Assembly: GCA_951406725.2 (NCBI GenBank)
Contig: OX597833.1
Coordinates: 38,006,001-38,070,000, forward strand
Length of the DNA stretch: 64,000 nt
Direction of reading: 5' to 3'
Source: Octopus vulgaris
Lineage: Eukaryota
Within the stretch, counting starts at the first letter, position 1; every line of letters starts with the position of its first letter. This document shows positions 24,535 to 36,590 of the stretch, piece by piece. Made by a program: the position numbers and the translations under genes. The notes under the pieces are model-generated. The model was not told the DNA's origin. It did no database searches and saw only the letters and a program-made list of their open reading frames with translations.

Positions 24535-24934
24535 GGATCTTTTCGGTTTGAACGGCAGTTTTTTCTAGCGGTGTCATGACATTGTCACCCATAATTATGA
24601 CCCTAGTATCGATCTATTACATTTCAATCAGTTTTAGGGTTAGGGGTGGGGGGAAGGTATCTTTTTTTGTTCAGAAATGTAAATAAACCCAATCTGTTTC
24701 TTAAACGAGGGACATATTCATACAGCACAGAATGTTTTTTTAACTCAATAGGCGTATATGATTGGTTGAAATTGCAGAAAAAGAACAACAAATATCTTAC
24801 AAACTATAGAATTTTCTCAATATAGCCAAGAGAAAAAGATGTTTTATAAACACATTCTACCAGTATACGAAGTTTAAAATTTTTTAGTTACCTACAAATT
24901 ATGTTAAAAACTGCCGTTCAAACCAAAAAGATCC
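24535..24934. mobile_element. Non-autonomous DNA transposon, Merlin-like
   Basis: TIRs of about 29 bp, GGATCTTTTCGGTTTGAACGGCAGTTTTT / AAAAACTGCCGTTCAAACCAAAAAGATCC; 8-bp flanking duplication GTAAACTA/GTGAACTA; GG termini. Confidence 0.82.
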
Positions 24935-25703
24935 GTGAACTATATTATATACACTTCACCAGTGGTTATTCAATGTTTCCCTTATTATCAAACATTTAAT
25001 GCTGTCAACTCGCTGTCTCGTCATTTCAACTAGCACCAACTATAAATTCCTTTCTACATTAAATTTGTCTAACAAATTCACTTGATGCATGCATATATCT
25101 ACATAATTAATATAGCAAATACATACAGCTGGATCATACACACAGTTTATACATAACAGATATGGCAGATACATTTATACACATACACTGTCTCATATAT
25201 ACAAACACAAACTTACACACACACACATATGTACACAAACACACTTTTTTCCACATTTCACAGCTGTGTCCTTTTTCCAATCTTATCAATGATTGGACAG
25301 ATTGTTTACATGTCTGTTTAACACCTGGCTACCCTATTTTAATGCTGACAGCTGAACCATGACCTGTGAATAATAGAGAGAGGTGGGGGGTCATTTAGGT
25401 TAGCTGTATTGTTTAAGATAGAGGCAGTGAAGATCTCTCAGCATTCAGCTGCTGTGCTTCATAACCTTTCTCAAAACATAATTGACTGGTATTATATAAA
25501 TGTAGCTATTGAAAAACCTAACAGATGCATTACACCAAATTTAATACTGTAAATCATACAATTCAATTGACAAATGATAGAACAAATGAATTTATAGAAA
25601 TCCCCACTTCATAAGAACTCCATCTTTTTGTGACACCATGCCAAAGAAACGTTTATTAAAATTCAATTTTATTAGATTACTGAACAAAAATTAAATTTCC
25701 CCA

Positions 25704-25739
<36 letters not shown>

Positions 25740-25897
25740 CACACAAATGTTTATTTTTTATATTCAGTTATAATAAAAACAATTTTGCATTACTCTGATG
25801 GCTTACTCTATACTTTTGTAGAGTACAAATTTATTATTCTTATACAAGTAAGCCATAGACAGTGACTTCGAAGTTTCAGCTAGCTAAACTATTGCTG

Positions 25898-25944
25898 GAC
25901 AGTCCAATGATGGCTTAGCTGTGCAAAACTTCAAAGTCACTGTC
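25898..25944 (+). ncRNA. Decayed hammerhead ribozyme inside a fold-back
   Basis: gacagt-CCAATGA-...c-AAAA-cttcaaag-TC-actgtc; the inverted upstream copy keeps GAAA-cttcgaag-TC-actgtc. Confidence 0.6.
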
Positions 25945-27434
25945 AACAATATTCTTGTATAAGAATAACAGATAAATAAATAAATGTGTGTGTGTGTATG
26001 GTTGTGTTGGACTTACAGAAGAAAAGTATTTAAAGCTTCTTTAAGAAATATAATACAACCATTTCAACTGGTTATGTTACAAATAACTTCATAACCCTGG
26101 CCTCTAGTACAAACAAGACACCATAATATTTAGCAGCACAATAGAAGCAGATGTAACGTTATGTGTATCATAGTCTTTGTGATGAAAAAAAAACTGAGTA
26201 GACAATAGAGGGAGAGAGAGAGAAAAGGGAGAACAGAGTGGAAAGGGGTAGAATTTAGTAATAATACTCTATATGATGAACAAGTTTTTTTTTTGTCTGT
26301 TTGTTTGCTCTCAAACTACATTTGAAAAATAATGTAAAATTACAAACTTCCTTTCATTTCATAGTCTAGAAAAGATATTAATAATGAAAGGCACTATCTT
26401 TTTATCACTTGTCTTTCACTTGTTTCATTCATTACTGTAGCCAAGCTGTAGTACTGCCTTGAAGGGTGTAGTCAAACTGGCCCCAGTACTTATTTTTGAA
26501 GCCTGCTACTTAGTTTATCAGTCTCTTTTTACTGAACCACTAAGTTACAAGGGAATGAAAACAATCCAACACCAGTTGTCAAGTGGTAGTGTGGGACAAA
26601 CACAAACACACACACAAAGAACTGTCATATTAAGTATATTGTGGTGAATAAGGATCAGGACTTCTAAAGAAAATTTCCAGAGACAGATTTTCCAGGAGGC
26701 TTTATCATTCATCCGGTTAACACAATAGAATAGAGCTTTACAGAAGGCTTATATGAAAGAATTTACTTTAAAATTCCAAATTCTCAAAATGCCACAAACC
26801 CACTCACTTTGAATAACGAATTTACATTGCAGGCAGCCAGAAAAATTATGTTATTAACTGTTTGTTATCCAACCTCTGTACATACACCTATGCAAATATA
26901 CTTCTGGTACATATCTTGTACAACTAACCTGTTTATGTGTGCATACACAAGTCGTTGTTGCCGTCATCATTACCATTGATGTCATCATTATATTCACCAC
27001 TGAAGTAGTGGTTGTCATTATCATTGTAATCATCATCATCATCATCATCATCAATATTCCATGTTGGCATGAGTTGGACTGCTGGTATGGTATATGTGTA
27101 TTTATTTTACAGTCAGAAGATCTCAAATTTGACTATATTTGGCCAAGTGTCTTCTATCATAACTTTCATCCAACCCATGGCCTGTGTGTGAAATTAGGTT
27201 GAGTAAAACAATGTAGTATTCAGTGATAACATCCTTCACTCCAGACTTTCCTTCATCCGCTCATTTCAGATGTGATCTCTCAAGGAGATTCCCAGTATTG
27301 ACTTTACCATGGCTCTTTGCACCATTACCTAATACGTACCTAACATCAATACAACAATGACAACAGCTACATACTGAATTGTAATACTAGAATAAGGAAA
27401 TGTGCTTCAAGAGGACACAATGAATTTTCCCTGC

Positions 27435-27465
<31 letters not shown>

Positions 27466-27469
27466 CTGC

Positions 27470-27690
27470 CTTTGGTCATGAATGAACCACCAACATTATC
27501 CAAGGGAAAGGCAAAAGCCGATACATTTTGGCACCAGTGACATCGCAATTCATTTCAACAAGCAGAGTGAACTGGAGCAACATGAAATAAAGTGTCTTGC
27601 TCAAGAACATAACACATAGCCCAGTCTGGGAATTGAACTCACTATCTCATGATTGCAAGCCCAATGCTCTAACCACTGAGCCATGCGCCT
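27470..27690 (-). mobile_element. tRNA-headed SINE (third family)
   Basis: Minus head GGCGCATGGCTCAGTGGTTAGAGC...GAGTTCAATTCCCAG, then GTTCTTGAGCAAGACACTTTATTTC; a related copy lies near 52320-52515. Confidence 0.78.
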
Positions 27691-27701
27691 TTTCTTTTCC
27701 T

Positions 27702-27750
<49 letters not shown>

Positions 27751-27769
27751 TTAATATGCAAAAAGGGAT

Positions 27770-28237
27770 ATACTTCATGAACTCCTCTGCAAGTTCTCTA
27801 AATGTTATATTTTGAGTTTTCTTTGATTTTAGCCTTCAAAATATCTTCATCCAATTTTCAATGTCTTCTACTGCGACTGTCATCTTCCAAGCTAAACTCT
27901 CCAGCTTTAAATTTTGCAAATCACCTTCAAACAGTTGATTCAGCTACAGCATCATCACCATAAACTTTGCAAATGTTTTTGGAAGTCTTTGCAGCATTTT
28001 CTTCTTTTTTAAAAAAGAATAGCATTACAACGCAAATATGAAATTTTTGGTTATCCATTTCAAATGCCAATAAAGGATAATCAAAATGAAAGATAAATCT
28101 ATTTTAATCAGGAATGAAGAAGAGATGCACTACCACTTCAACTAAGCCAAAGTTTTAACTGTGTTACATTTCAGGAGTGTTCAATGAAGTGTTAAAAGAT
28201 TTAGCTTAAAAACACTCAGATTTTCCAGACAACCTAA
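27770..28237 (-). mobile_element. Mariner 5' relic (N-terminal HTH region)
   Basis: Minus translation MDNQKFHICVVMLF..EENAAKTSKNICKVYGDDAVAESTV..FAKFKAGEFSLEDDSRS; TIR-like TTAGGTTGTCTGGAAAA next to (TA)n. Confidence 0.78.
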
Positions 28238-29352
28238 TATATATATATATATATATATATATAACCCATGCCAGCAAGGACAATGGGCATTAAATGATGA
28301 TATATGTATATAAACATATGTCATATATTTACATAAATTTGTCCCCTTCCTGCCTCTAGCCCTCACCAGTTCCCACACAATGTAATATTTTACCATGGCT
28401 GAACATGTTTCTACGAATGACTGGAAACAAGTACCACCTTCTGTATCATGTGATACTCATTTATAACCATCAGGCAATTGGTGGTGGCATCATTTGCTTC
28501 TTCATCATCACCAGCATGACCATTTTGACTGTATGTAATTATATATAAAGTAATGTATATATCACAGTATCATCATCATCATCGTCATCATCTTCAACAT
28601 TAATTTTCCCATGTTTGCATGTGTAGGACAGAATTTGTTGAAGTGGATTTTCTGTGGTCAGATGCCCTTCTTGTCACCAACCCTCACTTGTTATCAAGAC
28701 GTGTTCTCATAGAATAATAGTAACAAAGGACACTGCTTGCATGAAGGTGACATTCATTTACAGCTATCATGCAATTCAAAACAGGGAGACAACACACACT
28801 AAATCCATTTACAAGGCTTTTGCTGACTTGGAGCTATGTTAGAAGGCACTTGTCCAAGATGCCACACAGTGGGACTGAACCTCAAACTGTGTTGTTGGGA
28901 AGCAAACTTCTTATCACACAGCCATGCCTACATATATGTGAGTTAATTTATGTATATATGGTTATACTTGGGAATGGCCATTTGTTGCCATAGTGAATGT
29001 ATTACTCTGTAGGGCAGGGTGTTGCATGTATAAGTACAGATGACTCGTTTTATTCACGTTAGGTCACAGATGAATATTCTTTGCCGTTAACAATTGTGCT
29101 TCAGCAGCTTGCAGTACAATCAGCTTTTTGCCTTATTTCTAATGAATGACAATGTATATGTTTAGAAAGGGTGAAAATACAGAGGCATAGCAGTGTGAAT
29201 CATTAAATATTTAATAAATACATTTTAATTAAGCCATTAAAAAAATCGTTAGTGTCTGTTATCTGATCATATTAACCTTCATTGACATTCCTCGGACATA
29301 CTTCAAATAACAGATTTATTTGTGTGTGTGTGTATAAATTATGTATGTCTGT

Positions 29353-29402
<50 letters not shown>

Positions 29403-29594
29403 ATATGCACATATGCTTGTGTGTGTATATATACACATACAAATATACACATTTAGGTTTGCAAACAGGAGGAAATTTACTCAACGTAAGTAGCAGAGTT
29501 TATTTATTCATCCAAAGAACTTATTCATTCACTCCATGATGAGCATTCCTCCACTGTCACATGAATAAAATATACATACAAGAAAGAGAATTGG

Positions 29595-29985
29595 AGTGAA
29601 TCATCCCAGTTGTATAAAGATGTGTCAATCACTTAAAATGCAGGGATGTTGTGGAAGAGGGAGACCCAGGAAGACATGGGACAAAGTATTGAGAGCCAAT
29701 CTCAAAATGCTGAAACCTTACAAAGGAGATGACAGGATTGAGATATGTGGCACAAAGCTCTACTTGAGAAGACCTGTCCACCAAAATAGAGTTGAGATAC
29801 TAAAACCAAGATGCCACATAAAAAGCACCCAGTACACTCTGTGGAGTGGTTGGTGTTAGGAAGAGCATCTAGCCATAGAAACCACGCCAAAACAGACTAT
29901 GGAACCCGGTGTGGACCCTGCCCCTACCAGTTCCTGTCAAGTCATCCAACCCATGCCAACATAGAAAATAGATGGTGATGATGTT
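29595..29985 (+). mobile_element. RTE LINE 3' fragment
   Basis: GCCGRGRPRKTWDKVL motif plus the 3' UTR shared with 33900-34430. Confidence 0.8.
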
Positions 29986-30183
29986 TTACATATATATATA
30001 CGTATATATATAATGTTAATTGATGTAAAAATTCCACTAGTTATTAAGACAATGAGCTGACACTACTATCATTACACAACACTAATAATTTCTTTATGCT
30101 GTTGATTGTTTCATATATATCAAAATAAGCAACAGGATATCAAGAGGTGATACAGTAAAACCATTTCAAGTGGCTCCATTTAA

Positions 30184-30625
30184 TTGAACAATGCAATCAT
30201 TAGTAGGATTAATATTAATAGTGATATTAATAATAATAATCATGTGAATATCAATAATACTAATAACAGTAATTCTCCTAATTACAATTGTAGAGTTAAA
30301 TCCCACCGTCCGTTATTAGGCCGATGTCTAACCCAAAACATAATCTATAAGTGTACAATCACAACTGTAGCTGGTTACTTTATATATATATATAGGATGT
30401 TCAATAAATATCAAAAAACGTATTGATGACTATTTTTTATCTTTTAGGCTCAAACATAAGGTCGATTGTACGTCCTTATCTAGCAAGATTTGGGAACTGA
30501 AGGAAAGCGGAATCGAATTTAGCCTTAAATGGGATATTATAAGGAAAGCGCAACCTTATAGAGATAGTTGATACAGGTGCGAGCTATGCTCTATGGAAAC
30601 TTATGAGATTACATTTTCACTCACC
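30184..30625 (+). pseudogene. Penelope GIY-YIG fragment, frameshifted by a TA expansion
   Basis: NCRVKSHRPLLGRCLTQNIIYKCTI...YI/GCS..IKKRI...TSLSSKIWELKE...KWDII...PY...CELCSME. Confidence 0.82.
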
Positions 30626-30628
30626 CTG

Positions 30629-30683
<55 letters not shown>

Positions 30684-32126
30684 AAAGCCATAAGTCTTGT
30701 GAAATACAGCAACTTAGGTTTATTTGGCTAAAACATTAATTTATTTCACCATTTTTCAAGCTGAGAGCAAGAACATTAGTCAGTTGCTTTTTTAAGCAGG
30801 GAACACTCATAAGGAAGAAGACAAATAGCAAATAGAAAAACAACTGTGTGTGTGTGTATAAAACTATGTATATATGTATTTATGTATGTGTGTGTATATT
30901 ATAATTTATATGCATGTACATCATAATAAAATAACATTGTTAGTGTTCGCTGAAATGGTAAAATTACAGTTTAGGCATTGTTTTCTAATAACATGTTCTT
31001 AGTGTAATCATTAACTACTTAAATGAAACAGGTTTGGTTTTAATTCAAAGTTGGAATTTCAAACACTGCACACTTGTCAAAAACAGAAATAAAAGAAATA
31101 AATAATTTTTTTAAATGATTTTGCAGATAGCAATTATAATTCAAACAAAACTAAATTTCTATGAGTCTAAAAACCTGACCTGACATTTTTCTCCATACCT
31201 GAAACTTGATCTGTCAAAAATATAAAAAAGCAAAAACAAAAAAAATAAATAAATACAAAATGCACAGAATCTGATCTGAAACTAAAACAAATTATTACAA
31301 ATTTGTTTTAAATGAAGCCTGTACTAAGCAACAATTAAATAATGTTGCCTGATTATGGAAATTAAAAAGATAATAGTTTTATATTTTTCCATATATTTCA
31401 TATTGCTTTGTTTTTTCATCTTTTATTCTTCCTTTAATTATACATCAGTGAAAAAGAAAACTAATTAATAAAATTTATAAAATATTTAAATTGTTTAAAC
31501 TATATTTTGTTGTGATTTGGGTATTTTGGGGAATTTTTATTTTTCCTGGTTTTCTTTTTACGTTGAAGACCATCAGTATCTTCCCTTGAATTCTTGTTTT
31601 TAGTTTCTTTTTTTGTTGTTTCCATTATTGCTTTTTTATTCTTATCCGGGTCAAGTCCGATTGAATAAACCTATAATCAAACGCCTTTTGGTCTTGTCCT
31701 CCCTTATTTTGTTCTTATACAGAATTAATTAATTAATTAATTCTCACACAGTGTGTTTATGTTATGGAATGTATTGATCAATTGATTTCATTTTATAACA
31801 CAATTTCAAAATAACAACACCATTAATTATAGGTTTCCAATGAACCAATCACTGGCTCACAACATTTCTGACAGCGATAGTAACAAGGGAGAGTCTATAA
31901 GCCAGTGCACAAGACTCTGTTCTTACAAAAGATTTCATTCAAAGAGTACTGGTTCTTCACTGAGTTTTCTATCCTACACTGACCTACCTTGTTTAAAGAT
32001 ATACATTTACATGCATATATCTTTATCATCATAAACATATATAGTTAATCCAAACACGAAAACACAACGTGAGGACGTGGAACAAGCATAGTGTTATTGG
32101 ATGCTCAGGAAAGGAAAGAAAGGAGA

Positions 32127-32161
32127 ATTTAACGTTTCAAGCGGAGCTCTTCATCAGAAAC
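32127..32161 (-). ncRNA. Minimal type I hammerhead (Penelope-type)
   Basis: Minus gttt-CTGATGA-a-gagc-tcc-gctt-GAAA-cg-TT-aaat; loopless palindromic helix III ACGT. Confidence 0.72.
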
Positions 32162-32410
32162 ATAGGAAGAGGAAAGATCCAAGGAAGGGAAGACGGAGGA
32201 AAAAAAATCGCCATACACACACATATTTCATATATTTCTAGACGGTCTTTCTTTTTGCCAAATAAACATACACACTAAAAACTCGTTCTTCACTTCACCA
32301 TTGTTATTATCCTTATTTTAGTATCCTTTCTCTAAACTCTTTTATCACACATCCTGTGACCTCTTCAGCAACTCTCCATCCCACACGTCTCCTGTTTGTT
32401 TAGTTCACAT

Positions 32411-32461
<51 letters not shown>

Positions 32462-32542
32462 TTTATATATACATACATATATATATACGTACATACACAG
32501 AAAGAAACAAGGAGAGAGAAAAATGTGTGTAATGGATACCAA

Positions 32543-32580
<38 letters not shown>

Positions 32581-32684
32581 AATAATAATAATATGAGGGA
32601 ATATTATTCCAAACTTACAGGGAAAAATTCAATTTAGAAATACTAAATCAAATTTCACAAAATATAATATATATATATATATAT

Positions 32685-33303
32685 ATAAATTAGAAAAAAA
32701 AACCCACCTCTTATCAATTAGCATTGTGTATTACTTAACATCAAGGTTTTTAGCATAAATTGCTTAATGGGTATTAGACTTTATTTGGATGTTTATTAAA
32801 TATATATATTAATTAATAATTTGATTTAATGTATATAGTTTAAAGTGTTGTATTTAGTTTTCACTTAATGTATATTTTTTATCTTATATATATATATATA
32901 TATATATTAAATATTTTAATTAATTGTATCTTATTTTTTTAACAAGAATATATTTGTTAAAATATTTCGTATTTTATAAGATTATTTAAGTATATTTATT
33001 AATTTATCTAATTAATTAATTTATTATTGTTGTTATCTTTAACCTGAAGAGTGGCTATATTTATATTGAAGTGATTTTACTACTACTACTATTATTTTTA
33101 CTATTATCATTTCTTAAATATAGCCACGAAACATGTGTCGTTATTCTACCAAATATATACGTCTTATTTATTATCTTGCACATTACTTAATCATAGTTAT
33201 ATGTTTTATCTTATATTTAATCTTTCTATAATATGTAATTTTCTAGATGGTATAATTTAATTAATTATTGAATTGATAAGAGGTGGGTTTTTTCTTTAAT
33301 TTA

Positions 33304-33304
<1 letters not shown>
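32685..33304 (+). mobile_element. Penelope-like pLTR fragment with inverted terminal segment and hammerhead
   Basis: AAACCCACCTCTTATCAATT (about 32700) is inverted relative to AATTGATAAGAGGTGGGTTT (about 33270); (TA)n on both flanks. Confidence 0.75.
33040..33143 (+). ncRNA. Type I hammerhead ribozyme (CUGAAGA core, GUC site)
   Basis: taac-CTGAAGA-gtggctatattt...aaatatagccac-GAAA-catgtg-TC-gtta; perfect 12-bp helix II. Confidence 0.85.
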
Positions 33305-33351
<47 letters not shown>

Positions 33352-33370
33352 TATACACACATATATACAA

Positions 33371-33417
<47 letters not shown>

Positions 33418-33421
33418 TACA

Positions 33422-33465
<44 letters not shown>

Positions 33466-33472
33466 TACAAAC

Positions 33473-33505
<33 letters not shown>

Positions 33506-33572
33506 TACAAACATATATATATATATACACACACATATAAACATATATATATATATACACACACATATAAAC

Positions 33573-33605
<33 letters not shown>

Positions 33606-33608
33606 AAC

Positions 33609-33641
<33 letters not shown>

Positions 33642-33686
33642 TACAAACATATATATATATATATCTATATACACATATATACAAAC

Positions 33687-33717
<31 letters not shown>

Positions 33718-33877
33718 TACAAACATATATATATATATATATCTATATACACATATATACAAACATATATATATATATATATACACATATATACAAACAT
33801 ATATATATATATATATACACACATATATACAAACATATATATATACACATATATATACAAACATATATATATATATA
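33305..33877. repeat. Compound TA/CA minisatellite (ACACATATATACAAAC(AT)n)
   Basis: Read directly; the same unit resumes at 35727-36035. Confidence 0.95.
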
Positions 33878-35726
33878 TCATCATCATCATCATCATCGTT
33901 TAACGTCCGCTTTCCATGCTAGCATGGGTTGGACGGTTCAACTGGGGTCTGGCAAGCCCGAAGGCTGCACCAGGCCAGTCAGATCTGGCAGTGTTTCTAC
34001 AGCTGGATGCCCTTCCTAACGCCAACCACTCCGAGAGTGTAGTGGGTGATTTTATGTGCCACCGACACAGGTGCCAGACGAGGCTGGCAGACGGCCACGC
34101 TCGGATGGTGTTTTTTATGTGCCACCGACACAGGTGCCAGACGGGGCTGGCGGACGGCCACGCTCGGATGGTGTTTGTTACGTGCCCTAAGCACGGAGGC
34201 CAGTCGTTGCGGTACTGGCTACGATCACGTTCGGATGGTTTTCTTATGTGCCACCGGCACTGGTACCACAAGGATACAAATTCCATTGATGTTCATCTAT
34301 TTTGATTTGGTTCGATTTGATTCGATCCGATTCTCACTTGCCTCAACAGGTCTTCACAAGTGTCACAAGAAGGAAGGTATGCACAGGTGGACTGACTACG
34401 TCCCAGGTAGGGGCCACGGATTATGGCTTCACTAGTCTTGCCGGGTCTTCTCACGCACAGCATACTTCCATAGGTCTCGGTCTCTAGTCATTTCCATGGT
34501 GAGACCTAACGTCCGAAGGTCGTGCTTCACCACTTCGTCCCAGGTTTTCCTGGGTCTACCTCTTCCACGGGTTCCCTCAACTGCTAGGGATTGGCACTTT
34601 CTCACACACCTATCTTCATCCATTCTCGCCACATGACCATACCAGCGCAATCGTCTCTCTTGCACACAACAACTGATGCTTCTTAGGTACAACATTTCTC
34701 TCAAGGTACTAACGCTCTGTCGAGTAAGTACACTGACATTACACATCCATCGGAGCATACTGGCTTCGTTCCTCACGAGCTTACGCATGTCCTCAGCAGT
34801 CACGGCCCATGTTTCACTGCCATGTAGCATAGCTGTTCGTACACATGCATCATACAGTCTGCCTTTTACTCTGAGCGAGAGGCCTTTAGTCACCAGCAGA
34901 GGTAAGAGCTCCCTAAACTTTGCCCAGGCTATTCTTATTCTAGCAGTTACACTTTCAGCGCACCCGCCACCACTACTGACTTGGTCACCTAGATAGCGGA
35001 AGCTATCAACTACTTCTAGTTTTTCCCCCGGAAAGTGACGGAAGTTGTTTTCTGCAGATTTTCGGAGGTCAATGCTCCAGAGCATCTGCCACATACAAAA
35101 ACTATCTTCCCAGTTAGCCTACCTTTGACATTGCTGCACCTCTTATGTGTCCATAGCTTACACTGGGTACATCTTATAGAGTTTCTACCTACACCTTTTC
35201 TACAGATCGAGCAGGGCCATCTTCCTGAGGATATTTGTGGATTTTCTAACTTTCTACTTATTAGTACTTTGGTTTTAGCTAGGTTGACTCTAAGGCCCCT
35301 CGATTCTAAACCCTCCTTCCACACCTGGAACTTCTCCTCCAGTTCTGATAGTGACTCAGCGATTAGAGCGAGGTCGTCAGCATAGAGGAGCTCCCAGGGG
35401 CAACCTGTCTTGAATTCCTCCACAATTGCCTGGAGGACTATGATAAATAGGAGGGGCTGAGTACTGAACACTGGTGGACCCCAACCTCTACCTTGAATTC
35501 TTCTGTGTACATGCTGCCAACTCTAACCTTACTTACGGCATCTCTGTACATGGCTTGCACAGCCCTCACCAGCCATTCATCTATCCCTAGTTTCCTCATT
35601 GACCACCAGATGAGGGATCGGGGGACCCTATCAAAGGCTTTCTCCATGTCAACGAAAGCCAGGTACAGGGGCTTATCTTTGGCTAGGTATTTCTCCTGCA
35701 GCTGCCTTACCAGGAATATAGCATCA
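33878..35726 (-). mobile_element. 5'-truncated RTE-clade LINE, young copy, with (GAT)n tail
   Basis: RT motifs [34 protein letters not shown] and VNLAKTK; C-terminal RRLRWYGHVARM and GRGRPRKTW; internally repetitive 3' UTR. Confidence 0.96.
34432..35725 (-). pseudogene. RTE reverse transcriptase (partial, two frameshifts) with an inserted PHD-type zinc finger
   Basis: ORFs 35438-35992 (3' part only), 35016-35471 and 34432-35094 join into one RT polypeptide across frameshifts near 35455 and 35030. Confidence 0.93.
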
Positions 35727-35949
35727 ATATATACACATATATACAAACATATATATATATATACACACATATATACAAACATATATATATATATATACAC
35801 ATATATACAAACATATATATATATATATACACATATATACAAACATATATATATATATATACACATATATACAAACATATATATATACACACACATATAT
35901 ATATATATATATACACACACATATATATATATATACACACATATATACA

Positions 35950-35991
<42 letters not shown>

Positions 35992-36035
35992 TACATATAT
36001 ATATATATATACATACATATATATATATACATACA
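35727..36035. repeat. Compound TA/CA minisatellite (same unit as 33305-33877)
   Basis: Read directly. Confidence 0.95.
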
Positions 36036-36049
36036 TGTGACCATGCTGA

Positions 36050-36590
36050 TGCACCACTGTTTTGCTACACTGTTATTACTAAAAGCCTCCTCTAATATGT
36101 GGCATTTGGTGAAGATTGGAGTTTGATATAGCTACCCTCATTTGCACCTCTTGCTGTGAGGTAGCTTCATCTGGGACTCTCGACAGGAAGAGGTCCAGCT
36201 TTGATTTAAAAACCCCTACATCTACTTTGTGCAAGTTCCTCAGACTCTTTGGGAGAATATTAAAAAGTTGTCAGCCCTTGAAACCCAGGCTGTTGCAGTA
36301 ACTGGTCCTGAAGCGTGATGGCTTTGCTGGGATCTTTGGCACTATGTAGTGTCATCCTGTTCTGGCATTGGTGTAGCTTTCAATGCCAAAATTTGGCACA
36401 ATTCCTTCCAGGATCTCCCAGATATATATTACTGCATACCTCTCCCATCTTCTCTCCAGGGTGTAGAGTCTTAGCTGTTTCAACCTTTCCCAGTAGCTGA
36501 GCTGTTGCAATGAGACGATCTTCTTTGTGAATCTTCTCTGTGCACTATTTTTAGGGGTTAAGCTTTCTCTCTTATCTCCCCTTGGCCAAT
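36050..36590 (-). mobile_element. CR1/L2-group LINE 3' fragment
   Basis: AQRRFTKKI..LSYWERLKQLRLYTLERRWERYAVIY...FKSKLDLFLSRVPDE. Confidence 0.85.

Noticed and set aside
24634-24645. Interstitial telomere
   Set aside because: Only two TTAGGG units, internal to a MITE.
27600-27690. tRNA gene
   Set aside because: A/B boxes are present but run straight into a SINE body without a complete acceptor stem; the same holds for the other SINE heads.
33261-33896. Long YI/CV-rich ORFs (also near 18492-18936, 35493-36095 and 44233-45068)
   Set aside because: Stop-free translations of TA/CA microsatellites.
34676-35385. Plus-strand ORFs of 106 and 116 aa
   Set aside because: Antisense shadows of the RTE reverse transcriptase.
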